From: a virus
Virus record (IMG/VR): IMGVR_UViG_3300028831_000229
Coordinates: 53,942-117,941 of that record
Strand: one strand, 5' to 3'
Length of the DNA: 64,000 nt
Made by a program: the position numbers and the translations under genes. Shown here piece after piece: positions 18,101 through 26,323 of this stretch. The stretch's first letter is position 1; each line of letters starts with the position of its first letter. The notes under the pieces were generated by a model. The model was given only the letters and a program-made list of their open reading frames with translations, made no database searches and was not told where the DNA came from.

Positions 18101-18392
18101 CGAAGGTGATCGCCACGACCGTCTTCTGAGACGTGTGCATGCGCGACACACGTAGCGTGCCATGCTTGCCGAGCCAGTCCTTCGGGATGAGGTCGCGAAG
18201 GTACGTCCGGCAATCGTAGAGCGGTTGCTCGGTGCGCGTCGCCTTTGCGAGGAGATGCGCTTCGTCGCTCGGGTGGCGGTCGAAGACGAGCTGACCGTTT
18301 CCGCTGATGTAGCAGTGCCTGTTCTTGTGGTCCTGGATCATGGCGGTGGGTTCCTCGGTTTGGATGTCATTCTCGTGTGGTAGGGTCTGCAT
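18063..18392 (-). CDS. hypothetical protein
   Basis: 109-aa ORF with phage-like codon usage, divergent from the lysis cassette. Confidence 0.6.
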   Translation of the reverse strand: MQTLPHENDIQTEEPTAMIQDHKNRHCYISGNGQLVFDRHPSDEAHLLAKATRTEQPLYDCRTYLRDLIPKDWLGKHGTLRVSRMHTSQKTVVAITFVIDETPAPAPTP

Positions 18393-18487
18393 GGGTCCAT
18401 GGTGCTACACGGCATGCATTTACTGCAAGCATTCACTTGCAAAGGCATCCGTGGTCGGGCACATTTGTTCTACAAAGGAGACCGACG

Positions 18488-19075
18488 ATGAAGAAGATCC
18501 TGCGTGTTCTGTTCCTGTTCATGGTGCTTTGCGTTTGCTTCGCGCACGTCGCGGTGGCGGATACCGCCACAGCGGGTACGAACACGATGACCGTGTTCGA
18601 CGACCTGGCTCACATCGCTGCCTACACGCTCAGCATCCTGCTCATGGGCTTGCTGACGCTCGCGGCGAACAAGCTCCGCCAGAAGTGGCATCTCGACGTG
18701 CCGCAGGCGTGGCTCGACAAGGTGCACAGCTACATCGACCTCGGCATCGCGTACGCCGAGGAACAGGGGCGCAAGGCGGTCACCGGCACGTCGGTCGCCA
18801 CCAACGACAAGCTCGATACGGCGTTCGGCTTCGTCCTGAAGTTCCTGGGCGACGACAAGCAGCTGGTCGCGCTCGGCGAGGAGAAGATCAAGCAGCTCAT
18901 CGAGGCGCGCCTCAACCAGACCAGAGTCGACACGCAGCCGTTCCTTTCGTCGAGCGCCACCGATGCGCCGGTCGTGCACTCGGTCGTCACCAGTCCCACG
19001 GGTGGCGCGCAGACCATCGTCATGAACGACGGCACCACGAAGCCGCTGACCACCAGCCAGGAGAAGCCCCAGTGA
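18488..19075 (+). CDS. putative holin (LL-H-like)
   Basis: AAAGGAG RBS; two hydrophobic segments then GIAYAEE...DKLDTA; first gene of the endolysin operon. Confidence 0.65.
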   Translation: MKKILRVLFLFMVLCVCFAHVAVADTATAGTNTMTVFDDLAHIAAYTLSILLMGLLTLAANKLRQKWHLDVPQAWLDKVHSYIDLGIAYAEEQGRKAVTGTSVATNDKLDTAFGFVLKFLGDDKQLVALGEEKIKQLIEARLNQTRVDTQPFLSSSATDAPVVHSVVTSPTGGAQTIVMNDGTTKPLTTSQEKPQ

Positions 19076-19443
19076 AGAAGATCCTCAAGCTCCCCGTCCT
19101 CGTCGCGCTCTGCGCGCTGTTCGTCGCGTGCACGCACAGCGCGCGGCAGGACACCATCACCTCGGCGTTCATCGCCACCAATGCCGCGCGCGACGCCTAC
19201 GTGCAGTACGACGCCGCGCAGCAGGACAAGATCGTCAAGGAGGCGACGAGCCTCGATGACGGCAAGGCGAAGCTCGCGGCGTACCGCGAGAAGCGCACGA
19301 AGTACCTGGCGCTGTTCCCGGTCGTCTACACCAGCATCAAGGTGGCGTCCGACGCGAACGACGACCTGTCCATCAAGAACATGCAGACCTCGCTCAAGCA
19401 GCTGCTCGACGCTGTTCTACCGCTACTCGGAGGTGCGCTGTGA
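19072..19443 (+). CDS. lysis-cassette lipoprotein (spanin-like candidate)
   Basis: GTG start; KKILK + hydrophobic stretch + lipobox LFVAC. Confidence 0.65.
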   Translation: MKKILKLPVLVALCALFVACTHSARQDTITSAFIATNAARDAYVQYDAAQQDKIVKEATSLDDGKAKLAAYREKRTKYLALFPVVYTSIKVASDANDDLSIKNMQTSLKQLLDAVLPLLGGAL

Positions 19444-19730
19444 GCAACGCTCTCGACATCCTGAAGAAGGGCATCGGCTACGCCGAGCCCGTCATCCACG
19501 CGTTCCAGCTCGTCCAGAGCCTCACCGGCGTCGGCGGCACGGAGGCCGCGACCGCGCTGAAGGCCATCGACGCGATCGTGAACGCGGTCAACGACGGCAT
19601 CACCAACGGCGCTAACCCGAAGGACATCATCGCCGAGCTGGACAAGCTCGCCGCCGGTGTCACGGCGAACGACGCCAAGGCGGACGCCGACCTCGCGTCG
19701 AGGTTCCCGACCGGAGGCCAGACCCCGTGA
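19440..19730 (+). CDS. hypothetical helical protein in lysis cassette
   Basis: GGAGG RBS; GTGA overlaps on both sides. Confidence 0.75.
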   Translation: MSNALDILKKGIGYAEPVIHAFQLVQSLTGVGGTEAATALKAIDAIVNAVNDGITNGANPKDIIAELDKLAAGVTANDAKADADLASRFPTGGQTP

Positions 19731-20551
19731 TCGTCGGCGTCGACTACGCGAGCGTGGACGCGAACAACAAGCCGGACTTCGCGGCGGCGAAGAAGTTCGG
19801 CGTGCAGTTCGTCATCTTGCGCGGCACGTACGGCACCTGGCTCGATCCGGTCGTACATCGCGACTGGCAAGCCATCAAGGACGCCGGTCTCGTGCGCGGC
19901 GCGTACATGTTCCCCGTGTACTCGGGGAATCCCATCACCGAGGCGACAGCGTTCATCAACGCTGTCGGTCCGCTCGGTCCTGGCGACCTGCCTCCGACGC
20001 TCGACATCGAGTTCCCGGGCCACGGGCTCGTGGACACCGGGAAGACGCCGGCACAGGCGCTCGCGTGGCTCGAAGCCGCAGCTCAGGTTCTGCTCGACCA
20101 CTACGGCACGCTCTTGAACTACACGAGCGGTCGCGTGTGGCACGAGGATCTTCGCGACATCGCGTCGAAGCTGTTCGCGTCGACGCACAACTGGCTGGCG
20201 CGCTACACGTACGGCGAGCACCAGGCTCCTCATCTCGGTGAGAGCCTGGTGCCCGGTGTCGTGCCGCCGCAGCTCGGTGACAAGGACGACTACTGGATCC
20301 ACCAGTGCCAAGGCGACGCCTGGTACGTGCCTGGCTTCCGGCAGGTCGACCTCAACCTCTTCCGCATGCTCGGTCAGGGTGCGAAGGGCGAGCGCGTGCG
20401 CTTCGTCCAGAGCGTGACCGGCGAGCGGATCGATGGTGACTTCGGAGCCAAGACGGCGGCGTCCGTCATCGCGTACCAGCAGCGCAAAGGACTGGTGGCC
20501 GACGGCATCGTCGGTCTGAACACGTTCTGCCAGATGGTGTGGGAACACTAA
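19727..20551 (+). CDS. endolysin: GH25 muramidase + C-terminal peptidoglycan-binding domain
   Basis: IVGVDYA, RGAYMF, PPTLDIE (DxE), VDLN; DGDFGAKT...YQ...GLVADGIVG. Confidence 0.92.
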   Translation: MIVGVDYASVDANNKPDFAAAKKFGVQFVILRGTYGTWLDPVVHRDWQAIKDAGLVRGAYMFPVYSGNPITEATAFINAVGPLGPGDLPPTLDIEFPGHGLVDTGKTPAQALAWLEAAAQVLLDHYGTLLNYTSGRVWHEDLRDIASKLFASTHNWLARYTYGEHQAPHLGESLVPGVVPPQLGDKDDYWIHQCQGDAWYVPGFRQVDLNLFRMLGQGAKGERVRFVQSVTGERIDGDFGAKTAASVIAYQQRKGLVADGIVGLNTFCQMVWEH

Positions 20552-20571
20552 CCCACGAAGGAGAAGAGACG

Positions 20572-21153
20572 ATGAGCAAGCAGACCGATCGCCTGTGCAG
20601 CAAGATCAACCGCCTCACGGATCGCGCCGAGCGCCTCCTACGGCGCTACCAGAACAAGATGACGGACCTCGGCTCGAAGGAGTGGAAGAGCACCGACAAC
20701 GCTCGCCGCATTTTCGACGCAGCGAACCGTGCGACGAACCGCAACTACCGCGCGGCGCCCACGAAGCGCGAGGTCGAAGTCCTGCTGAAGAAGTGGGGAA
20801 CCATCGACCTCGGCACAGTGTACGCCATCACCAAGGTGCTCAAGCTGCCGGACCACGACAAGCTGCTGACCGAGGTGGCGGCGCTCGACGAGAATACCGG
20901 CAAGATGGGGCTGCTGCACATGCTCCACGACTCCGTGTGCGCCGACGTCGAGAACGACCGCAAGCGCCGCACCGCGGAGGCGAAGAAGGCGAAGCGCGAG
21001 CGCGACAAGCAGCGGCGTGCGAACGCCAGCAACGCCAAGGCGAAGGTGCTCGCCGAGACCGTGACGGAGGAGCAGTACGAGGACAACGAGTCGGACCCCG
21101 GCATCGAGGAAGATGCCGTCGATCCCAACGACGAAGACGCCATCGAAGAGTAG
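20572..21153 (+). CDS. hypothetical protein, acidic C-terminus
   Basis: AAGGAG RBS before ATG 20572. Confidence 0.8.
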   Translation: MSKQTDRLCSKINRLTDRAERLLRRYQNKMTDLGSKEWKSTDNARRIFDAANRATNRNYRAAPTKREVEVLLKKWGTIDLGTVYAITKVLKLPDHDKLLTEVAALDENTGKMGLLHMLHDSVCADVENDRKRRTAEAKKAKRERDKQRRANASNAKAKVLAETVTEEQYEDNESDPGIEEDAVDPNDEDAIEE

Positions 21154-21163
21154 GAGAACGCAG

Positions 21164-21433
21164 ATGAAAAACACGCATGGTCCGACGCAGGACAGGATCG
21201 TTGACTGGCTTCGCCAGAACGGGCAGCAGTACCAGCTCACCACCGAAGAGCTGGCTACGATCCTCGGCATCGACAAGAACAAGGTGAAGCACGCCGTCGC
21301 GCGGCTCTTCGCCTCCGGTGTCGTGCTGCGATCGCAAGGTCGGCCGGCGAAGTGGTCGATCGCTCCGCAGGTGGTTCAGACGCCACCACAGGGGCACACG
21401 GCATCGCTCCACGGAACGATGCCTCGGGCGTAA
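21164..21433 (+). CDS. winged-helix protein with Z-alpha/FaeA-like wing
   Basis: QDRIVDWL...TTEELATILGIDKNKVKHAVARL...GRPAKWSI; AGGAG RBS. Confidence 0.75.
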   Translation: MKNTHGPTQDRIVDWLRQNGQQYQLTTEELATILGIDKNKVKHAVARLFASGVVLRSQGRPAKWSIAPQVVQTPPQGHTASLHGTMPRA

Positions 21434-21438
21434 CAACG

Positions 21439-21670
21439 GTCGCTGAGGTAGAGGCGTGATGTCCACCCAATCACAGCCTCCCTCAGCGGCTCGCTGCTGG
21501 CAGACCAGCGAGACGCGCAGACGTCTGCCTCCTTCGGGATCTCTGTTGTCGCCTCCACGTTCAAGCACAGCGTCGATGTGGCGCAACGTGGAGTCGAGAG
21601 TGGAGATCCTTCTTAGCAAGGGTATAGATCACTTACAGCGTCCTATAGGAGGAAGGCGAAAACGTGCGTT
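21439..21670 (+). ncRNA. candidate structured non-coding RNA (strand inferred)
   Basis: Intergenic region of about 230 nt with at least six compatible helices containing G-U pairs (see findings). Confidence 0.5.
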
Positions 21671-21689
21671 TGCCGTCGAGTCTTCGTGC

Positions 21690-21718
21690 TTGACACCGCC
21701 ATTGGATGCTGGCATGCT
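21690..21718 (+). promoter_or_regulatory. sigma70-type promoter candidate overlapped by a GCTGGCA tandem repeat
   Basis: TTGACA-N17-CATGCT. Confidence 0.55.
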
Positions 21719-21732
21719 GGCAGTCTTCTACG

Positions 21733-22002
21733 ATGCCGCCTGCACGCGCTACACGAGCCGCGAAGCTCTTCGCGTTGATGGAGCGCTACGAGTCGTGGAT
21801 CGGCATGAAGCACCACCTGCTCACGGTGGAGCGCCTGGTGCCGAACCGACTCGTGCCGCAATTCTGGTGCCGGTGCACGTGCGGGCGCAGGATCGTGGCG
21901 ACCGCGAACGAGCTGGCGTTCGAGCGTGTCAAGTCGTGCGGCAGCTGCCAGTACAGGCGGCGCCGCGTCTCGCGCGTGATGCGCCGCGCTGGCAAGCGCT
22001 AG
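21733..22002 (+). CDS. small zinc-binding protein resembling the N-terminal module of phage HNH/AP2 endonucleases
   Basis: LTV...WCRCTCG...L....KSCGSC with no nuclease domain following. Confidence 0.65.
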   Translation: MPPARATRAAKLFALMERYESWIGMKHHLLTVERLVPNRLVPQFWCRCTCGRRIVATANELAFERVKSCGSCQYRRRRVSRVMRRAGKR

Positions 22003-22012
22003 GAAGCGCTGG

Positions 22013-22033
22013 GCTCGCGCAGGCGAGCGTTTT
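22013..22033 (+). terminator. possible intrinsic terminator
   Basis: GCTCGC-gcag-GCGAGC followed by GTTTT. Confidence 0.4.
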
Positions 22034-22140
22034 CCGGTTCGGACCGGCCTCCGGCCGGCCTCCAGCCGCGCAATCGCGCAGCTGGCAATTCTGCTGGCAC
22101 TCGGGTACGATGCCAGCACTACCAGCAGTAGAGGAGTCAC

Positions 22141-22812
22141 ATGTTCATCGTCCAGCAACAGGATACAGGCAGCACACGCGGTCTCTACGTGGTGTTCGAG
22201 GGACCGGACGGCAGCGGGAAGTCGACGCTCTCACAGCTCTTCACCGACAAGCTCCTGGAGATCGGAGGCAGCGGCGCCGCGTTCCTCCAGACGTTTCCGT
22301 CCAAGGACGGTCCTGTCGGGCAGCTCATCCGCCGGTCGTTCACGCGCGAGGTCGAGCTGAGCGAGGAGACGCTCGGCTACCTGATGATTGCCGATGGTCA
22401 CGATCGCTGTGATGGGCTGTACAAGCGGCTCGAGACCGGCATCACGGTCGTGTGTGATCGTCACCCGCTGGTCAGCGCCTGGGCGTACCAGACCGAGGTG
22501 TTCACGATGGACGAGCTGGTGGCGATTCAGCAACGCCAGCGCTTCGTCGAACCGGACGTCGTGTTCATCCTCGACGTGCCGCCGGAGGTTGCGGTCGAGC
22601 GCATCAAGGCGCGCCACGGGCTGGCCAACCTCGTCTTCGAGAAGGACGATGACGGCTACCGCAACCGGCTCCGTCATCGGTACAGTGGCTACGCCGCGTT
22701 GAACGACCACAGCGTGGTGCTGGACGGCACGCGCCCGCTCGACGAGCTGCTCGAGGCGTGCATGAGCCTGGTGCGCGAGCACTTCACGGAGAAGAAGGAG
22801 CTGGCATCGTGA
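22141..22812 (+). CDS. tmk: thymidylate kinase
   Basis: VFEGPDGSGKST P-loop, VVCDR, SAWAYQ, PDVVFILDV. Confidence 0.92.
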   Translation: MFIVQQQDTGSTRGLYVVFEGPDGSGKSTLSQLFTDKLLEIGGSGAAFLQTFPSKDGPVGQLIRRSFTREVELSEETLGYLMIADGHDRCDGLYKRLETGITVVCDRHPLVSAWAYQTEVFTMDELVAIQQRQRFVEPDVVFILDVPPEVAVERIKARHGLANLVFEKDDDGYRNRLRHRYSGYAALNDHSVVLDGTRPLDELLEACMSLVREHFTEKKELAS

Positions 22813-22946
22813 CGTCGCTCGATTGGTTTGTCTGTGACCTGCTGGTGGAAGCCGTGCACCAACAGTATTCACGCCTTCATGCGGTCGGCGGCACCGCTTT
22901 CATCTGTGAACGCAACGTGCACGCACGTTGGCGGAGCGTACCGTGA
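22809..22946 (+). CDS. small hypothetical protein (45 aa)
   Basis: AAGGAG RBS; GTGA overlaps with both tmk and dcd. Confidence 0.45.
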   Translation: MTSLDWFVCDLLVEAVHQQYSRLHAVGGTAFICERNVHARWRSVP

Positions 22947-23551
22947 GCATCCTCAGCTACCACGACATCTACAACGCGAAGCTGGCCGGTGACATCGTCA
23001 TCGACCCGTACGACCCGCAGTGCCTCGGCACCAACAGCTACGACGTGCACCTCGCGTCCACGCTGCTCACCTACAAGAAGAAGATCGACGAGCGATCGTT
23101 CGCGCCGCTGCCGCTCGATTGCAAGGAGGAGCGCGAGACGGTCGAAGCCGTCATCCCGGCAGACGGTCTCGTGCTCCAGCCTGGCAAGCTGTACCTCGCG
23201 TCGACCGTCGAGTACACCGAGACGCACAAGCACGTGCCGTTCCTCGAAGGCAAGTCGTCGCTCGGTCGGCTCGGTCTGAACATCCACATCACCGCCGGCA
23301 AGGGCGACGTCGGCTTCTGCGGTCACTGGACGATGGAGCTGTCGGTCGTCGAGCCGCTTCGCATCTACGCCGGCATGCCGATCGGCGTCCTCATCTACTA
23401 CACGGTCTCGTCTCAGCCGATCGTCGACTACGCGGCGAAGCCGAGTCAGAAGTACGCCGCGCAGCACACGCGCAGCGACAACCCCAAGCCCGTCGCGTCC
23501 CGCATGTGGAAGAACTTCCCCGACGGTCGACCGCTCACGCGGAAGGAGTAA
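22943..23551 (+). CDS. dcd: dCTP deaminase
   Basis: NSYDVHL, EGKSSLGRLGL, AGKGDVGFCGHWTMEL, YAGMPIG, KY. Confidence 0.92.
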   Translation: MSILSYHDIYNAKLAGDIVIDPYDPQCLGTNSYDVHLASTLLTYKKKIDERSFAPLPLDCKEERETVEAVIPADGLVLQPGKLYLASTVEYTETHKHVPFLEGKSSLGRLGLNIHITAGKGDVGFCGHWTMELSVVEPLRIYAGMPIGVLIYYTVSSQPIVDYAAKPSQKYAAQHTRSDNPKPVASRMWKNFPDGRPLTRKE

Positions 23552-23556
23552 CCGTC

Positions 23557-23847
23557 ATGGGCACCATGCCTGGCTACAAGCAAGTCACGTTGTACATCGA
23601 TCCTCTGGTCTATGAGCAGGCTGCGCACGTAGCCAAGATGGTCGGCGAACCCGGCTACACCTTCATCAACAAAGCCATCGCCGATGCCATCAAGGCACGG
23701 ACAACGCCCGAGCAACGCAAGGCGATCGAAATCCTCACGAGCAGTGGAGGCAAGAAGAATGAGCGACGAGAAGACGCAGGAACCGACGACAGCGGAGGTG
23801 CAGGCAAGAAGCGTAAGGATTCGCGGAAAGGTCGTGCATCTCGGTGA
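23557..23847 (+). CDS. ribbon-helix-helix-like protein
   Basis: KQVTLYIDPLVYEQA...FINKAIADAI; AAGGAG RBS. Confidence 0.65.
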   Translation: MGTMPGYKQVTLYIDPLVYEQAAHVAKMVGEPGYTFINKAIADAIKARTTPEQRKAIEILTSSGGKKNERREDAGTDDSGGAGKKRKDSRKGRASR

Positions 23848-24142
23848 GCCGTTGTTCCACACCAAGATGCTGATGCCAGACAGCTCCGTCCAGGAGATCC
23901 CGGTCACCGACCGCTACGGCTTGCCGTGCGACCCGAAGTTCTACGCGAAGCCGTCGTGCAAGCGCTGTAACGGGCGCGGCGTCGTCAGCATCACGAACCT
24001 CACCACCATCTCGAACGGTGTCCGCCACACGCGCCCGGGTCCGAACCTGGTCCGCTGCGGCTGCGTCGATCGCGAGTACGAACGGACCGAGCGCGCGCTG
24101 CTTGCCGCCTACCCGGACCTCGCCACCACCAAAGTCAAGTAG
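23759..24142 (+). CDS. zinc-finger protein (CxxCxGxG...CxC)
   Basis: GGAGG RBS; CKRCNGRG...RCGCV. Confidence 0.7.
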   Translation: MSDEKTQEPTTAEVQARSVRIRGKVVHLGEPLFHTKMLMPDSSVQEIPVTDRYGLPCDPKFYAKPSCKRCNGRGVVSITNLTTISNGVRHTRPGPNLVRCGCVDREYERTERALLAAYPDLATTKVK

Positions 24143-24233
24143 ATGGTGTTGATCTCGGCGCCGACTTGGGTATGCTTGGGTGGCACGTCCGCCAGGCAGC
24201 TGCCGAGCGGCGACCTCAAGGAGAAAACAGACC

Positions 24234-24407
24234 ATGGCGAAGAAGTCCCCGCTCGACGCGCTCACCGGTGGTGGCGCGAGCAAGAAGAAGGCAAAGGCGA
24301 AGGCCGGCAAGAAGACCGACGCCAAGAAGGCGAAGGCCAAGACCAAGAAGGCCGGCAAGAAGTCCGCCGGCAAGAAGGCCGCGAAGAAGAGCGGCGGCGG
24401 GCGGTAG
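24234..24407 (+). CDS. histone H1-like Lys/Ala-rich small protein (57 aa)
   Basis: AAGGAG RBS; KKAKAK repeats; own promoter candidate (TTGATC-N16-TATGCT, 24149-24176) and terminator. Confidence 0.8.
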   Translation: MAKKSPLDALTGGGASKKKAKAKAGKKTDAKKAKAKTKKAGKKSAGKKAAKKSGGGR

Positions 24408-24434
24408 CTCGCAGCCAGCGCTCTGCGGCGTCAC

Positions 24435-24474
24435 AGCCCCGCACGTTTCACCCACGTGCGGGGCTTTTCATTTC
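24435..24474 (+). terminator. intrinsic terminator
   Basis: AGCCCCGCACGT-N7-ACGTGCGGGGCT followed by a T-rich tail. Confidence 0.85.
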
Positions 24475-24489
24475 TACGAGGAGAGCAGC

Positions 24490-25605
24490 ATGAGGCTACC
24501 GGTTCTGAACTACCCCGAAGGTAAGGAGCTGCAACGATCGACGTGCCTCGGCACCGACCAGTGCTCCGGCTGCAAGCTGTTCGTGAAGAACGGCGGTCGC
24601 TGTGACGGCTGCACGAGCGCTCACAAGGAGCTGCTCTCGCCGAACTACGTCGCCTGCTACAAGGAGTGCAGCCAGTGCGGCGGTGGCGGCTTCGAGGGTG
24701 TCGAGGCGCTCAGCATCTGCTGCCGCTCGCCGCTGAAGGACATCTACATGCAGGCGGTCACCGGCGGCGACTGGAACCAGCCAGCATTCAAGGTGCACGC
24801 TCGCGAGCAGATCAAGCTCAAGAAGAAGGGCGTGTTCTACGTGACCGCTGGCTCCGTCGGCACGATTGTACGCGAGGAAGACGGCTACCTGGTGCCGCCG
24901 GACACCGAAGCGGTGGCCGTTTCGCTTGCTCGCGTGTGGTCGGGGAAGCGCTTCTCGAGCGACGACATGCACGACTACCTGCGGCTGCCGCGCAAGACGA
25001 AGCTGATGCTGATGACGATGAACCGAGACGACGTGCTGGAGCAAGCGTACGCCGCCGAGCTGTATGCTGACCCGCACGAGTTCACCAAGGTCGGCTTCAC
25101 CTGGTGGATGCCGATCGCATTCAGCGCGTACCGCGGCGACGCGCACATGCAGCAGGTCTTCAACTTCTACCGCACGCTTCAGACGCTCGACCGATCGCAC
25201 GGCTGGTGGTTCGTGGGCAACTACCGGCGTCCCGGTCTCCACCTCGAAGACCTGTTCGATAAGGTGATGGAGAAGCTGCCGCAGCTGGTGTTCAACACGC
25301 AGTTCCTCGTCTCCGAGGAGATCATCAAGAAGCAACTCGCCGACGTGAAATGGTTCCACGAGCGCTACCCGGCGAGCGTCGCTTTCTGGTTCGTCGGTGC
25401 TGCGTCGCCAACGATCTTCGCGTCCGTTCGCAAGATCGTCGGTGAGCGCCCGCTCTACTGGGTGAGCGGCAACCCGCATCACTTCGCGACGCAAGGCAAG
25501 GAGTTCGTCGCGAACGGCACCGGTAGGAAGTCGCGGCTCGCGAAGCACGAGCTGGTGACGCACAACCTGCAAGCCTTTCAAGACTTGGTGGAGCGCTATG
25601 GCTGA
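24490..25605 (+). CDS. Cys-rich N-terminus + DUF4417-like domain protein
   Basis: About 10 Cys in the first 80 aa; MPIAFSAY..D..MQQVFNFYRT resembles the DUF4417 core (PDFSLY.D....QI.N.YR). GAGGAG RBS. Confidence 0.55.
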   Translation: MRLPVLNYPEGKELQRSTCLGTDQCSGCKLFVKNGGRCDGCTSAHKELLSPNYVACYKECSQCGGGGFEGVEALSICCRSPLKDIYMQAVTGGDWNQPAFKVHAREQIKLKKKGVFYVTAGSVGTIVREEDGYLVPPDTEAVAVSLARVWSGKRFSSDDMHDYLRLPRKTKLMLMTMNRDDVLEQAYAAELYADPHEFTKVGFTWWMPIAFSAYRGDAHMQQVFNFYRTLQTLDRSHGWWFVGNYRRPGLHLEDLFDKVMEKLPQLVFNTQFLVSEEIIKKQLADVKWFHERYPASVAFWFVGAASPTIFASVRKIVGERPLYWVSGNPHHFATQGKEFVANGTGRKSRLAKHELVTHNLQAFQDLVERYG

Positions 25606-26275
25606 CCTCGCACAGCTCTCGATCGACTGGGACTTCTTCGTCCGCATGGTGATTCCGTGGCAGGACTCCATCACCGAGACGGACGAGTTCCGCCTGCATC
25701 GGTGGAAGGAACGCGCTGTGCCTTCGCAGCTGCTACCGCCACCACGTACGTGGTGGCAGGAGTTCGCCCGTGGACGCTACATCCTTGGAAGCTGCGCCGT
25801 CTACGTCGCGGACTCACACCGCTATGCGGAGCGCGTGCTCGCGCAGAGCGGCGACGGTATCTCGCGACTGATCCACGTCGATGCACACCACGACCTCGGC
25901 TACGACGACTTCAAGCAAGTCGACTGCGGGAATTGGTTGCGCTTCGTGATGGAACGTCGAACCGCGGTGCAGCTGCGCATCGTCTACCCGGACTGGAAGG
26001 GGCTTGCGGACCTTCAGCGTCGTGATCGTCCGTGGTGCGTGGAGCCGGCGCTCTCCAAGCGCATCGTGGTCGGCTGCTGGTCGACCGAGCAGATGTTCTT
26101 CGCACACGAGCACGTCGCGAAGATCTTCGTGTGCCGGTCGAGCGCGTTCACGCATCCTCGTCACGACCGCGCATTCTGCGCGTTCGTCGAGGCGATCTGT
26201 GCTTCGACGGGCACGAAGGCGCTGACGCCGTTCGTCGAGGATGAAGGCATCAACCCCCTCGAGCCGCGCCTGTAA
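25598..26275 (+). CDS. ureohydrolase/arginase-fold (UPF0489-like) protein
   Basis: LSIDWDFF, DSH, HVDAHHD, DCGNW, VCRSS. Confidence 0.75.
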   Translation: MADLAQLSIDWDFFVRMVIPWQDSITETDEFRLHRWKERAVPSQLLPPPRTWWQEFARGRYILGSCAVYVADSHRYAERVLAQSGDGISRLIHVDAHHDLGYDDFKQVDCGNWLRFVMERRTAVQLRIVYPDWKGLADLQRRDRPWCVEPALSKRIVVGCWSTEQMFFAHEHVAKIFVCRSSAFTHPRHDRAFCAFVEAICASTGTKALTPFVEDEGINPLEPRL

Positions 26276-26283
26276 GTGCGCGA

Positions 26284-26312
26284 TTGTCTGAGGGGTCCAG
26301 ACGCGTTACTCT
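26284..26312 (+). promoter_or_regulatory. sigma70-type promoter candidate
   Basis: TTGTCT-N17-TACTCT; shares CGCGT-TAC with the 4155 promoter. Confidence 0.5.
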
Positions 26313-26323
26313 AGGAGGCAGCG

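Noticed and set aside
21441-21663. Possible hammerhead ribozyme (CTGAGG...CGAAA)
   Set aside because: Core does not match CUGAnGA and stem geometry does not fit; kept only as a generic structured RNA candidate.
21456-22412. 318-aa plus-strand ORF spanning the ncRNA candidate
   Set aside because: Low-information Arg/Ala/Pro translation that overlaps better-supported genes (21733 gene, tmk) and a promoter.
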